This document shows positions 24,407-36,993 of a stretch of 64,000 nucleotides of DNA, one piece after another. The notes beneath the pieces were generated by a model. That model did not search any database. It was given only the letters and a program-made list of their open reading frames with translations, and was not told the origin of the DNA. A program made the position numbers and the translations under genes. Each line of letters opens with the position of its first letter. Within the stretch, counting starts at the first letter, position 1. Origin of the DNA: Hemiscyllium ocellatum (taxonomy: Eukaryota); the NCBI RefSeq assembly GCF_020745735.1, contig NC_083429.1, positions 55,843,877-55,907,876 of the forward strand, written 5' to 3'.

Positions 24407-24972
24407 GTAAGTGGAATGAGCACTTGGTTTAAATTAATAAGAAAATGCTATTAAAATAGTAGCAAACTATGAGAAGATTTTGCATAAAATAAGATTTCTT
24501 ACCGATAGCACCTTCTTAAAATGTTTGACCTCAGTCACAGAGGGGAATATTTTAAGCCCTAGGTGTCATGGCTGCTACTACACTGTTTCTGTAGAAGTAC
24601 GTTCCTAAATTACCCAGTGTCTCTCTGGATAAAACCTTACTCTCTCCTCTACTATTGACCTTACCTGAATCTAGCAACACCAGCATGGACTGTCTCTGAC
24701 CTGTGTAATGTTCAGAATGGCTAAAGTATGTGACATCAAATGAATAACATCACAGCTATTACTTTGGATGGAATGTGACAGCATTTTGCAATCCCACAAG
24801 CAGCAGTGAAATAAATGATTAGTTAATCAGTTTTTGTTGGCATTTGGTCAGGAAGGAATGTTAGAATTTTTGTCACAGTTGATAGCAATGCATTATTATT
24901 CTAATGCCAGGCTGTTTTATGACGATGTACAGTATTAACGGTTTGTTGACCATGGATCTATCCTTCAAGCAG

Positions 24973-25066
24973 AAAAGAAGTTCTGAGGAAGCAGCCACTT
25001 GGTAAACATCAACGTTCCAGTGTTCCGGATGCTGCCATGATTCTCTCCTCTGATCTCCCACTGGAG
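24973..25066 (+). CDS. Uncharacterised gene exon (KEVLRKQPLGKHQRSSVPDAAMILSSDLPLE)
   Basis: 94 nt, gcag acceptor and GAG|gtatga donor; supplies the required phase 2 to 0 transition. Confidence 0.65.
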
Positions 25067-25579
25067 GTATGAAGCCACCAGAGCAATTTTGACATTTATT
25101 TCTGTCTGTTTTCTGAAAACATTCTGTTGCTTTTTATTTTCTCAGAGGAGCTTTTTAATTCCAGTGCTCTCCTTTTTCTTTACCAGGCCCTTTCAGCCCA
25201 TCATATCTGTGCTAGCTAAATATACTTGCCATCAATTTTAATCCCATTTCCCAGAACCCAGATTGCAATCTTTCGGTTTACAGCATTTCAGATGCAGATC
25301 CCTTTTTTTTGAGATCTTGTCAAAAAGCTTAAGAATGAAAGAAAAAGCTTATTTCTGTATAACCTGAGAATCTGGTAAAATGCTTTACTGTCAGTGAACT
25401 CAAGTTGGAAAACCTCTGTGTGCTAATCTGCTCTTGTTATTGCTTCTGCTGTTATTTGCACTGTTGGGGCATTGACTTCTGCACTTTAAAGGGGTATCAA
25501 CCTAACCTTTGTTTAGTTTTAACATAACGAGCTGCCTTTGAAATATGGAGAGTGTACTGTGGTAGCTTGTAATTGGGTC

Positions 25580-26622
25580 TTAGAGTCATAGTGTCATAGA
25601 GATGTGCAGCATGGAAACAGACCCTTCGGTCCCACCCGTCCGTGCTGACCAGATATCCCAACCCAATCTAGTCCCACCTGCCAGCACCCGGCCCATATCC
25701 CTCCAAACCCTTCCTATTCACATACCCATCCAAATGCCTCTTAAATGTTGCAATTGTACCAGCCTCCACCACATCCTCTGGCAGTTCATTCCATACACGT
25801 ACCACCCTCTGTGTGAAAAAGTTGCCCTGTAGGTCTCTTTTATATCTTTCCCCTCTCACCCTAAACCTATGCCCACTAGCTCTCTTTTATATCTTTCCCC
25901 TCTCACCCTAAACCTATGCCCTCTAGTTCTGGACTCCCCAACCCCAGGGAAAAGGCTTTGTCTATTTATCCTATCCATGCCCCTCATAATTTTGTAAACC
26001 TCTGTAAGGTCACCCCTCAGCCTCCGACAGTCCAGGGAAAACAGCCCCAGCCTGTTCAGCCTCTCCCTGTAGCTCAAACCCTCCAACCCTGGCAACATCC
26101 TTGTAAATCTTTTCAGAACCCTTTCAAGTTTCACAACATCTTTCCGATAGGAAGGAGACCAGAATTGCACACAATATTCCAACAGTGGCCTAACCAATGT
26201 CCTGTACAGCCACAACATGACCTCCCAACTCCTGTACTCAATACTCTGACCAATAAAGGAAAGCATACCAAACACCTTCTTCACTATCCTATCTACCTGC
26301 GACTCCACTTTCAAGGAGCTATGAACCTGCACTCCAAGATCTCTTTGTTCAGCAACACTCCCCAAGACCTTACCATTAAGTGCATAAGTCCTGCTAAGGT
26401 TTTCTTCACATTTATCTGAATTAAACTCCATCTGCCACTTCTCAGCCCATTGGCTCATCTGGTCCAGATCCTGCTGTAATCTGAGGTAACCCTCTTTGCT
26501 GTCCACTACACCTCCAATTTTGGTGTCATCTGCAAACTTACTAACTGTACCACTTATGCTCGCATCCAAATCATTTATGTAAATGACAAAAAGTAGAGGG
26601 CCCAGCACCGATCCTTGTGGCA
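25580..26622 (-). mobile_element. HER1/CR1 LINE, 5'-truncated
   Basis: ORF 25856-26623 (PQGSVLGP, FADDTK); internal duplication of about 40 bp near 25834-25921. Confidence 0.95.
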
Positions 26623-26754
26623 TTGTGACTAACAGTATTTGAGTTAATGCAGATCCAAATACAGAAGGGATTTCAAGTCAGTCTGACATCAGATTCCAGC
26701 AAAAATATTTAGAAGTATTTCTAAGTTGATCTTCCTGAAGTTAGTATGTTCAAG

Positions 26755-27185
26755 ATGTTTGGGATATGGGGAGAGGCTGAATCGGCTGGGACTATTTTCC
26801 CTGGAGCGCTGGAGGCTGAAGGGTGACCTTATAGAGGTTTATAAAATCATGAGGGACATGCATACAGTCAATACTCAAAGCCTTCTCCCCAGGGTAGGGG
26901 AGTCCAAAACCAGTGGGCATAGGTTTAAGGTAAGAGGAGAAAGATTTAAAAGGGACCTGAGGGGCAATGTTTTCACGCAGAGGGTGGTACATGTTTGGAA
27001 TGAGTTGCCAGAGGAAGTGGTGAGGGATGGTACAATTGCAACATTTAAAAGGCATCTGGCTGGGTATATGACTAGGAAGGATTTAGAGGGATATGGGCCA
27101 AACGTTGGCAAATAGAACTAAATTAATTTAAGATATCTGGTCAGCATGAACAAAGTGCTGTATGCATTTTTAACTCTGACTCTCA
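26755..27185 (+). mobile_element. HER1/CR1 LINE 3' fragment, inverted relative to its neighbour
   Basis: ORF 26726-27115, RT C-terminus. Confidence 0.9.
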
Positions 27186-28220
27186 GTCTTGAAATTATGA
27201 TCACTTTTTGATGTAGGAGACACCATAGATTACCTGCTAACAATATTCTGCTTTATTGAGGTTGTTGAAAGGATATACTTTCCCAGCTTAGCAGAGAGAA
27301 CTTCCAGATCATCTTCCGATATTGCAATTTTTTTATATCCTGCTGACAAGGAGGATATAAAACATCACATCTGATAGTGCAGTTCTTGAGTGAGACTTGA
27401 CCCAGAAACCTCTGGGTGGTGAGAATGCTGCGACTGAGCCACAGCTGACATCTGGCTCTTATGTTTACTCTGCTTAGTGCCAGTTATTTACCACAAAGAT
27501 TAACACCTGCATTAAAATAGTGCACAGAGAAATTTAGCAAAGATTCATTAAGTATTTGTGCAAGAGCAGCCCTGACTGTAATTTGCTGCCCATGAAGTTT
27601 ATGAAAATAAAACTAATCTTTGGAGTTGTGCATAAAATGTGAAAGGTGGCCAGAAATTATACTAGGTTCATTACTTCAGCCCGATTCAGTGACAGCACGA
27701 TCTGTGCTTCAGTGGAGGCCATGCTGAGTACAGATTGTAATGCTAATTCGGTGTACAGAATTGGTGAAGATGTCATATATAACTAAATTCTAAAGTAGCT
27801 TGGCTTTATTTGGCCTGTTCAGGATCACACCAGGACATTAGGAGCAAGTGGAGACCATTTGGCCCCTTGAGTCTGCCATGGCTGCTCTAATTTACCCCCT
27901 GCCCCCATCAACCCAGACTCCCTTATCAGTCAAGAATCGATCCAACTCTGCCTTGAGTGCATTTAATGTTCTCTGGTGGAATTTCACATGACAATGGCCC
28001 TCTGAAAAAAGAAAGAATCCTCACCTTGGTATTAAATAAGGACTCCTAATTTTTAAATTCTCTCCTCAACTTCGAGACTCTCCCTCATGTCCCCACGTAG
28101 AAACACCCTGTTATCATCTTCCTGTCTTTTATGTTTCAATTTGATCATTCCTCATTCTTTGGAACTCCAGTGGGTAGAGGTCCAACATGTTCAACCTTTC
28201 CTTGTTATTTAACTTCTGCA

Positions 28221-28333
28221 GCTGCAAATGTGTTGCTGGTCAAAGCACAGCAGGTTAGGCAGCATCTCAGGAATAGAGAATTCGACGTTTCGAGCATAAG
28301 CCCTTCATCAGGAATCTCATTTTTACTCGAAGA
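28221..28333 (-). mobile_element. PLE-derived short element with an intact minimal hammerhead (28280-28315)
   Basis: 14-bp TSD ATTTAACTTCTGCA at 28207-28220 and 28334-28347. Confidence 0.82.
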
Positions 28334-29482
28334 ATTTAACTTCTGCATCCGAGGTTCCATCACTTCTCTGGACTGCCTGAAGCCAGGAGGCCAAAATTGT
28401 ACACTGTATCCAGATGACCTCTCACTTAGGGTCTGTACAGCTATGGCACCATGTGCCAACTTTTAGACAAGATTTCCTTTATCTAAATGCAAACATTGTC
28501 AAAATGACAAATGGCTGCCTTTCTCCTCACCCACTATACATGATTTTGTGATGAATTAGCCAAGTCGCCAGATCGCTCTGTGCCCCTGAGTTCTATAATC
28601 TCTGACATTTAAATAACATTTGGCTTTTAGAAACGTTAACAATAAGAGCAAGAGTAAGCCTTTCAGCCAACTAACCCAGCTCCACCATTCACCCTGATCA
28701 TGATTGTTCCTCTACCTTAACACCATACACCTGCTTTCTCCCTAAATCCCTTGATGTCTTTTGCATTGAGAAGTCTTATCTATTTCTTTCTTAAATACGA
28801 CCCGGGACTAGGTCTCCACAGCCTTCTGTAGCACAGAGTTCTGCAGGTTCACCACGTTCTGTAAAGAAATCTCTCATCATCTAGCTCCATGTCTTTGCTG
28901 TCCTTTCTGCCAAAGTGGACAAGTTCACAGCTTTCCCAATTATCTTCCATCGAACGCATTTTTGCCCACTCAATTGACCTATTTAAATTCCTTTTACAGG
29001 ATCTTTATAACCTATTTTCCTACTAATCTTTGTGTTGCCAGCAAATTTAGCTACCATTCACTCAGTCTATAACAAATGTTAAGTTTACTGACCTGTGGTT
29101 TCCTGTAGATTGTTCTTAAGTTGAATTTAAATTTCACCAGTTCCTATAGAAGGATTTGAACCAGGTCTCTTGTTCCTGGAATAGTTCCCTGGGATTATTA
29201 GTCTATTAACATTACCACTATGCCACAATTTCTTGCAATCAGTTTGTGAATTCAAATTCCAGTGAAATATTGAAGGAATTGGATGTAAAAGATCTCATGG
29301 CATTGCCTGAAGAAGATCACGAAAGTCCTAGCTGTCCCAGCCAACATTGCTCTCTCTCAATAAGCAAGACAGAAAACAGATTCACTTGTTGCCCGTGGGA
29401 TCATACAGTGCTTAATTGTCTAAACCTGAAAGTCCTGAGAGAGGAAGCAAGACTATTTGAAATTTTCTGCATTTATTTCCAG

Positions 29483-29569
29483 AACCGCTGCTCAATGAGA
29501 CAACAAGTACATGAAAGCAGCAAGAAGGGGTCACCAGGAACTGGGGGCCACAGCTCAGGACTTCAGCGG
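29483..29569 (+). CDS. Uncharacterised gene exon (NRCSMRQQVHESSKKGSPGTGGHSSGLQR)
   Basis: 87 nt, strong tttatttccag acceptor and gtaaga donor, phase 0-0. Confidence 0.72.
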
Positions 29570-30096
29570 GTAAGAGAGGAAAGGGTTTCCCTTCCTGGTC
29601 ATTACTGAATTTGCTTATCTTCAGAGGAGTGGGTCCTAACTCTTACATTATGCCCCAGGAGACAGCTGGAGCGATAAAGAAATAGATGCAGTCCAATGCA
29701 CACAAATAGATGGAGCCCCAAATGGACAGATCCACTACTCATATGGATGTTCAAAGTACAACTCAGGAACATGTATTTTATTCCTCTTTAATGCTTTGGG
29801 GCATTTGCTTGACCAGCAGAGAGGCATTCTGGGCCAGGCTTGCTCCAGTTTTCTCTGCTGATCCGTTTGCTGAGGTAGAGTACCCAGGGGAAGGAGTCCT
29901 TCCTCACTGTGTGGCATTGATTTTGGGGAGGAGGGGTGGAGTTTCCCTGCCACAATGCAGTCAGGCAGTGGCAAGATTTGTGGGGAGCAGGACTAGCGAT
30001 GGGAGGGCAGGGAGAACTGTCTCTACGTATGATCCTCACACGGCACTGATGTGTCTTTTTAGCTGAGTGACTTTATCCCATCTGATCGTCTTGTAG

Positions 30097-30234
30097 GAAC
30101 ATGCAGCATTTAGTTTCTTCAAGGAAAGCCAGTCGTTTGCCTGGAACTTTGTTGATTGGTTCATTTTGGAGATGCTTGAAGATGAGTTGGTGCCTGATAC
30201 CTTGATGGAAGTGCTGTCCCATGATGTTACTAAG
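30097..30234 (+). CDS. Uncharacterised gene exon (EHAAFSFFKESQSFAWNFVDWFILEMLEDELVPDTLMEVLSHDVTK)
   Basis: 138 nt, ttgtag acceptor and AAG|gtactg donor, phase 0-0. Confidence 0.85.
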
Positions 30235-30320
30235 GTACTGCATGCAACTCCACTGTTTCAAATGCTGCACAATCCAGGCCCAAGGGTACAAACACAGAGA
30301 GTGTTGCAGGAATTCATTGC

Positions 30321-30615
30321 AGCACCACAGTAGCTTAGTGGTTAGCACTGCTGCCTTATAATGCCAGGATTTGATTCTAATCTCAGGTGACTGGTGGAGT
30401 TTGCACATTCTCCCTGTGTCTGCGTGGGTTTCCTCCCGGTGCTGTAGTTTCCTCCCACAGTCCAAAGATGCGCAGGTTAGGTGGATTGGCCATGGGAAAT
30501 GCAGGGTTACAGGGATACGGTATGGGAGTGTGTATGGATGGGAAGCTCTTCAGATGGTCAGTATGGACTCAATGGGCCAAATGGCCTGCATCCACACTGT
30601 AGGGATTCTATGATT
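30321..30615 (+). mobile_element. HE1-type V-SINE
   Basis: tRNA head, V-domain and gattctatgattct tail. Confidence 0.85.
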
Positions 30616-32092
30616 CTGAGGTCTGGTAGCATCTGCAGAGAGAGAAAAACAGTTCATGTTTTGAATCCAGTATAACTCCTGTTCAGAAGTGATAAAACAA
30701 TGATGCCTTGTAATATGAATAATATTCATGGAGTTTAGCTGTGCAGAAACCAGCCTTACTGCTCCACGCTGGTGTTCTGCTCCACATGAGCTTTCTCCCA
30801 CCGTACTGTCAATTCTGTCCTTTTCCATTCTCTCTTGTGTTAGCTTCCCTTGTGCTAATCCCCTCAACAATTCCGTCTGGTAGTAATTCCACAATCTCAC
30901 CACGCTAGATAAAACAGTTTCTTCTGAATTCCCAGTTGGATTTATTAATGACTTTCTGGTGTTTATGGTCCCCCTACAAGTGGAAACGTCTTTATGTCTA
31001 CTCTGTAATGCCCCTCGTGGTTTAAAGACCCCAATTGATCATCATGCAACCTTTACTTTTTTGGAGGAAACATTCTTGCCTATTTAGAATTTCCTGATTG
31101 TTGTAATCTTTCAGTGAACCTGTTTCTCACTTTACCTGACGCCTCTGTATTCACGTGCTGTAATTCAAGTGAAGATTAATGAAGCTATAAGGAGAACAAC
31201 TATGTACAGTGAGGTCGAAATGTTAGGCTCTTGGATGTATTCATTGGTCTTCACCTACTGGGAAAAAACGTGAATGAAGTGGAAGGAAATTAGAAAGGTG
31301 TAAAAACTATAGACAATTTCACGGTTTTCAATATGGCCTTGAGAGGAGCAGTGTAAAGGGTAGACCAAGGGAGGAAATTCCCACGTGTTTCTGGCCCAAG
31401 AAGCATGGAGGTATTTTTCAATGTTTTTGGGGAACAAGGTGGGTTGGGTCTCTAGGTGAACATGTCGTGAATAGTTAAGGAACAATAAGGTTTAGGTTAG
31501 ATATTGAAAAGGACAAGGAAGGGTTGATTTTTATAAGGCTATAACCAGATAAATTGGAATCAGCAATTGGAAGAATGTACTGCCTTTAAAGAAGAGATGG
31601 TTTGGGTACAGACAAGGTCCATTTCCAAACAGGAAAGGTCAGACAGAGATCTAGATCTCCCTGGATATGAGACCGAGACAGCAAGAAAGCTTAAGCAGAT
31701 AAAGGGGATGGCTCAGGTTAATAATATGAGTAGAATCAAGTTAACTATAGAAAGTTCAACGGGAAAATAGAAGCAAGAAGGAAAGAGGGGTGGGAAGAGA
31801 GTAGCAGCTTACACTAAAACATTTGCAGCAATTCAGATACTGAAGTGTTCCATGCAGGAAGATCTGGAAAACATCCAGGCTTAGCTACTGGTAAGTAACA
31901 CGTGGTAAGCAGTGACCACCTCCAACAAGAGGGAATCTAAAAAATTGCCCCTTGACATTCAATGGCGTTACTGTTATTGAATCCCCCAGTTTCAACATCC
32001 TGGATGTTACCATTGACCAGAAATGGAACTGAATTAGCCCAGTAAATCCTGTGACCTCAAGAGCAGACCGGGTGAAGAGTGACCATTGGGGT

Positions 32093-32399
32093 AAGATTAC
32101 TTACAGTGTGGAAACAGGCCCTTCGGCCCGACAAGTCCACACCGACCCGCCAAAGCGCAACCCACCTATACCCCTACATTTACCCCTTACCTAACTCTAG
32201 GGGCAATTTAGCATGGCCAATTCACCTGACCTGCACATCTTTGGACTGCGGGAGGAAACCGGAGCACCCGGAGGAAACCCACGCAGACACGGGGAGAATG
32301 TGCAAACTCCACACAGTCAGTCGCCTGAGTCGGAATATGAACCCGGGTCTCTGGCGCTGTGAGGCAGCAGTGCTAACCACTGTGCCACCGTGCCGCCCA
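32093..32399 (-). mobile_element. Young HE1-type V-SINE
   Basis: Full-length with CpGs retained; highly similar to 33437-33738 and 43860-44170. Confidence 0.92.
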
Positions 32400-32905
32400 C
32401 TAAGGCACAGAAGTCAGAAAGAATCAGTACTGTTTGGAGGGCATTGCGATTTAATTATTGTGTAACAAATGGAACCATCTTATACCAACTCTCTTGACCA
32501 TGATTACTTAACCACAAAGTGAAGCCGATCTATTAGGGTGTGTACTGTCTCTGTATCTCACCAAATACCATTAGTATCTTGAACAGAGTTCACAAGGTGG
32601 GGTATTGCTATCTAGGCCAGCATTCGTTCCTTATCCCTAAATGCCCAGAAGTCATTTCATAATCAACCACATTGCTGTGGGCCTGAAGTTACATGTAGGC
32701 TGGATGAGGTGAGGATTTTTAAAAAAGGAAACATTTATTCATTTTGTGAATGTGGGCATTGCTGGCTGGCCAGTATTTATTGCCCATCCCTAGTTGCCCT
32801 TGAGAAGGTGTGTAAAAAATGAGGTCTGCAGATGCTGGAGATCACAGCTGCAAATGTGTTGCTGGTCAAAGCACAGCAGGCCAGGCAGCATCTCAGGAAT
32901 AGAGA

Positions 32906-32941
32906 ATTCGACGTTTCGAGCATAAGCCCTTCATCAGGAAT
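32906..32941 (-). ncRNA. Minimal type I hammerhead ribozyme motif
   Basis: Same sequence as 33136-33171, on the opposite strand. Confidence 0.75.
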
Positions 32942-33135
32942 AAGAGGGGGAGGAAGAGAGCTTCTTCAAGGAAGGCATCCTTGTAAGAGGATTCGCAGTA
33001 GGTTAAAATCTTCGAGTAAAAAATGAGGTCTGCAGATGCTGGAGATCACAGCTGCAAATGTGTTGCTGGTCAAAGCACAGCAGGCCAGGCAGCATCTCAG
33101 GAATAGAGAATTCGACATTTCGAGCATAAGCTCTT

Positions 33136-33171
33136 ATTCCTGATGAAGGGCTTATGCTCGAAACGTCGAAT
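33136..33171 (+). ncRNA. Minimal type I hammerhead ribozyme motif
   Basis: ATTC-CTGATGA-A-GGGC TTAT GCTC-GAAA-CGTC-GAAT: stem I AUUC/GAAU, stem II hairpin, palindromic ACGU stem III, GUC cleavage triplet. Confidence 0.75.
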
Positions 33172-33436
33172 TCTCTATTCCTGAGATGCTGCCTGGCCTG
33201 CTGTGCTTTGACCAGCAACACATTTGCAGCTTGAGAAGGTGTGGCTGAGCTGCCTTCCTGAACCACTGCAGTCCGCCTGCTGTGGGTTGATCCACACTGC
33301 CATTAGGGAGGGAATTCCAGGATTTGACCCGGTGACAGTAAAAGAACGGTGATATTTTCCAAGTCAGGATGTTGAGTTGCTTGGAGGGGAACTTGAAGGG
33401 AGTGGTGTTCCCATGTATCTGCTGCCCTCGTCCTTT

Positions 33437-33738
33437 TAGATTAGATTACTTACAGTGTGGAAACAGGCCCTTCGGCCCAACAAGTCCACACCGACCCGCC
33501 GAAGCGCAACCCACACATTCCCCCATTTACCTAACACTACAGGCAATTTAGCATGGCCAATTCACCTGACCTGCACATCTTTGGACTGCGGGAGGAAACC
33601 GGAGCACCCGGAGGAAACCCACGCAGACACAGAGAGAATGTGCAAACTCCACACAGTCAGTCGCCTGAGTTGGGAATTGAACCCGGGTCTCTGGCGCTGT
33701 GAGGCAGCAGTGCTAACCACTGTGCCACCGTGCCGCCC
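33437..33738 (-). mobile_element. Young HE1-type V-SINE nested in the LINE
   Basis: Full-length head, V-domain and tail. Confidence 0.92.
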
Positions 33739-36045
33739 TGTAAGTGGTTGTGGGTTTGGAGGGTGCTATGTGAGGACCTTTGGTGAATATTTGCCATGCG
33801 TCTTGAAGATGGTGCACACTGCTGCTCCTGAGTGTCAGTGGTGGAGGGAGTGGATGTTTGTGGACGTGGTGCCAATCAAGCGGCTGCTTTGTCCTGGATG
33901 GTGTCAAGCTTCTTGAGTGTTGTCCATCACAGTCCTGACGTTTGCCTTGTAGATGTTGACAGGTTTTCAGGAGTCAGGAAGTGAGGTACTTGTTGCAGTA
34001 TTCCTAGCCTCTGACCTGCTGTTGTAGCCACTGCGTTTGTGGTGAATCCAGTTGAGTTTCTGATCACTGATAACTCCCAGGATGTTGATAGTGGGGAATT
34101 CTGTAATGGTAACACCATTGAATGTCAAAGGTGGTGGTTAGACTGTCTTTTGTCGGCAATAGTCACAGCCTGGCATTTGTGTGGTGTGAAGGTTACTTAC
34201 CAGTTGTCAGCCCAGGCCTGGAGATTATCCAGATCTTGTTAGCATTTGGACACAGACAGCTTCAGTATCTGAGGAGTTGCGAATGGTGCTGAACAATGTG
34301 CAATCATTGGCAAACACCCCCACTTCTGGCCTTATGATGGAAGGAAGGTCATTTGTTGAAGTAGCTGAAGATGGTTGGCTTAGGATATTACCCTGAGGAA
34401 AGCCTGCAGAGATATCCTGCAACTGAGACAACTGATCTCCAACAATCACAACATCTTCCGATGTGTCAGGTATGACTCCAACTACCTGAGAGTTAGACCC
34501 CTGATACGCATTAATTCCAGTTTTGCTAGGGCTCCTTGATACCAAACTCAGTCGAATATAGCCTTGACATCAAAGGCTGTCACTATCCCCTCTCCTCTGG
34601 AATCCAGCTCTTTTGTCCATTTTTGAACCAGGGCTGTAATGAGGTCAGGAGCTGAGTGGCCCTGGGGGAACCCACAGTTGGTGTTACTGAGCAGGTGCTG
34701 CTTGATAGCCCTGTTACTGACACCGTCCATCACTTTACTGAGAATGGAGAGTAGACCATGGGGCTGTAATTGGCTCAGTTGGATTTGTCCTGCTTTTTAT
34801 GTACAGGGCATAGCTGGGCAATTTTCCACATTATCAGGTAGATGCCAGTATTGAAACTGTACTGAAATAACTTGGCTAAGGGAGTAGCACATTGTGGAGC
34901 ACAAGTCTTCAGTACTATTGCCAGAATGTTGTCAGGGCCCATAGCCTTTGCAGTATCCAGTGTCTTCAGCTGTTTCTTAAAGTTACACGGATTGAATCAA
35001 ACTGGCTGAAGCCTGGTATCTGTCACGCTGAGGATTGTTGGAGGAGGCTGAGATGGATCATCCACTTGCCACTTCTGGCTGAAAATGCGACAGCTTCAGC
35101 CTTATCTTTTGCCCTCATGTGCTGGGCTGTTCCATCATTGAGGATGGGGATAAATGTGGAGCCTCCTCCTCCAAGGAATTCTTTAATCATCCATCACCAT
35201 TCACGACTGGATGTGGCAGGACTGTGGAGTTTAGATCTGATCTGTTGGTTGTGGGATTGCTTAGCTCTGTCTATCACTTGCTGCTTCTGCTGCTTACACA
35301 CAAGTGGTCCTGTTTGGTAGCCTCATCAGGTTGACACCTCATCTTCAGGTTTGCCCGGTGCTGCCCCAGGCATACCCTCCTACACTCTCCATTGAACCCG
35401 GGTTGATCCCCTGGCTTGATGGTAATGGGTGAGTGGGGGATATGCCGGGCCATGAGGTTACAGATTGTGCTGGAGTACAGTTCTGCTGCTGTTGATGGCC
35501 CACAGCACCTCATGGATGCCCAGTCTTGAGCTACTAGATCTGTTTGAAGTCTTGTCCCATTTAGCACAGTGATAGTGCCACACAACACGATGGAGGGTAT
35601 TCTCAATGTGAAGGTGGGACTTTGTCTCCACAAGGACTGTGTGGTGGTCACTCTTACCGACACTGTCATGGACAGATACACCTGCAGCCGGCAGATTGGT
35701 GAGGATGAAGTCAAGTATGTTTGTCCTCTTGTTGGTTCCCTCACCACCTGTCGCAGACCTGTCTAGCAGTTATGACCTTTAGGACCCGACCAGCTCGATC
35801 AGTAATGCTGCTGCCGAGCCCCTCTTGGTGATGGACATTGAGATCCCCCACTATTTTGTGCCCTTACCATCCTCAGTGTTCCTCTCAGTGTTGTTTAACG
35901 TGGAGGGGTATCGATTCATCAGCCGAGTGAGGACAGTGAGTGGTAATCAGCAGGAGATTTCCTTTCCCGTGTTTGATCTGAAGCCATGTACTTTCATGGA
36001 ATCTGGAGTTGAGGATCCTAGAGCCCCCACCCCCGCAACTGCATA

Positions 36046-36252
36046 CAGGGCATTCTGCTATAATGCATGTTTCATTAACACAAATTCACTGTAATGCATT
36101 TAACAGATTGGGGACACTGTTTCTAAAGCGGGAACCTTTAAATCATGTGTTGGCTGTAACGCGATTACATCGCCAACATTTTAAGCGCTGTTTCTAAAGC
36201 TCGATTTTTCTATAACACAGGGTTGCAAAAGAGCACAACCATCGCATAACTG
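36046..36252. mobile_element. Tigger-like MITE nested in the LINE
   Basis: TA|CAG...CTG|TA ends; internal ctataa(c/t)gc subrepeats; interrupts LINE sequence. Confidence 0.6.
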
Positions 36253-36937
36253 TATCACTGTGCCTCCACCTCTGCTGGGTCTCTTCTGCCAATAAGACAT
36301 GACACATCCAGGGATGGTGGTGTCTGGGACATAGTCATACTCTCTGAATCATACCTTACAGACAGACAAAATCAGGTTGTTGTTTGACTAGTTTGTTGGA
36401 CAGCTCTCCCAGTTTTAGTACTAGTCTCCTGATGTAGTGAGGAGGACTGTGTGGGTCAACAGGGTTGTTTCTGTTGTTGTCTTTTCTTGTGCCTAGGCAG
36501 ATTCTAGGTGATCTCTTCGATTTCAGCTCCTTGAGACTTTGAATGGCTTGCTAGGCCGTTTCAGAGGGTAACTGAGAATAACTACATTGCTGTGGGTCTG
36601 GGGTCACATGTAGGCCAGACCAGTGGGGATGACAGATTTCTTCCCCTGAGGAGTTTTAGTAAACCTGATGGGTTTTTCTGACAATCATCAGTGGTTTAAC
36701 GCTCATTATTAGTCTCTTAATTCCAGATTTTTATTGAATTCAAATTCCACAATCTGTCCTGGTGGGATTTAACCCGAGTCCCCAGACCATTACCTGGGTC
36801 TCTGGATTAATAGCTCAGCAATACTAACCCTCAGCTTTCACAGCCCCCCAAACCCCACCATGCGCCATGGTTTCTCGTGGAATGTAAGTGCTGTAAAGGT
36901 TTAAAAGCTGGTGTTTATAAAGAATTTTTTTTTTCAG

Positions 36938-36993
36938 TGTGCTCCTGCATACTCACCAGCTGGGAAGAATTTCGATATCAAGGGGAAGCTACT
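36938..36993 (+). CDS. Uncharacterised gene exon (CAPAYSPAGKNFDIKGKLL)
   Basis: 56 nt, poly-T cag acceptor and gtaagt donor, phase 0-2. Confidence 0.8.

Larger units (their letters stand above)
32813..33229. mobile_element. PLE-derived insertion: tandem plus inverted pLTR-like repeats with two intact hammerheads
   Basis: 14-bp TSD CTTGAGAAGGTGTG at 32799-32812 and 33230-33243. Confidence 0.85.
32735..36850 (-). mobile_element. Near full-length degenerate non-CR1 LINE (jockey-group/L2-like, clade not assignable) with a tRNA-like 5' head
   Basis: APE and RT remnants (GFPQGHSAPDL, VTAFDVKAIFD, GFPQGNIL, GVFANDCTLF); SINE-like head at about 36540-36850; three nested insertions. Confidence 0.8.
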
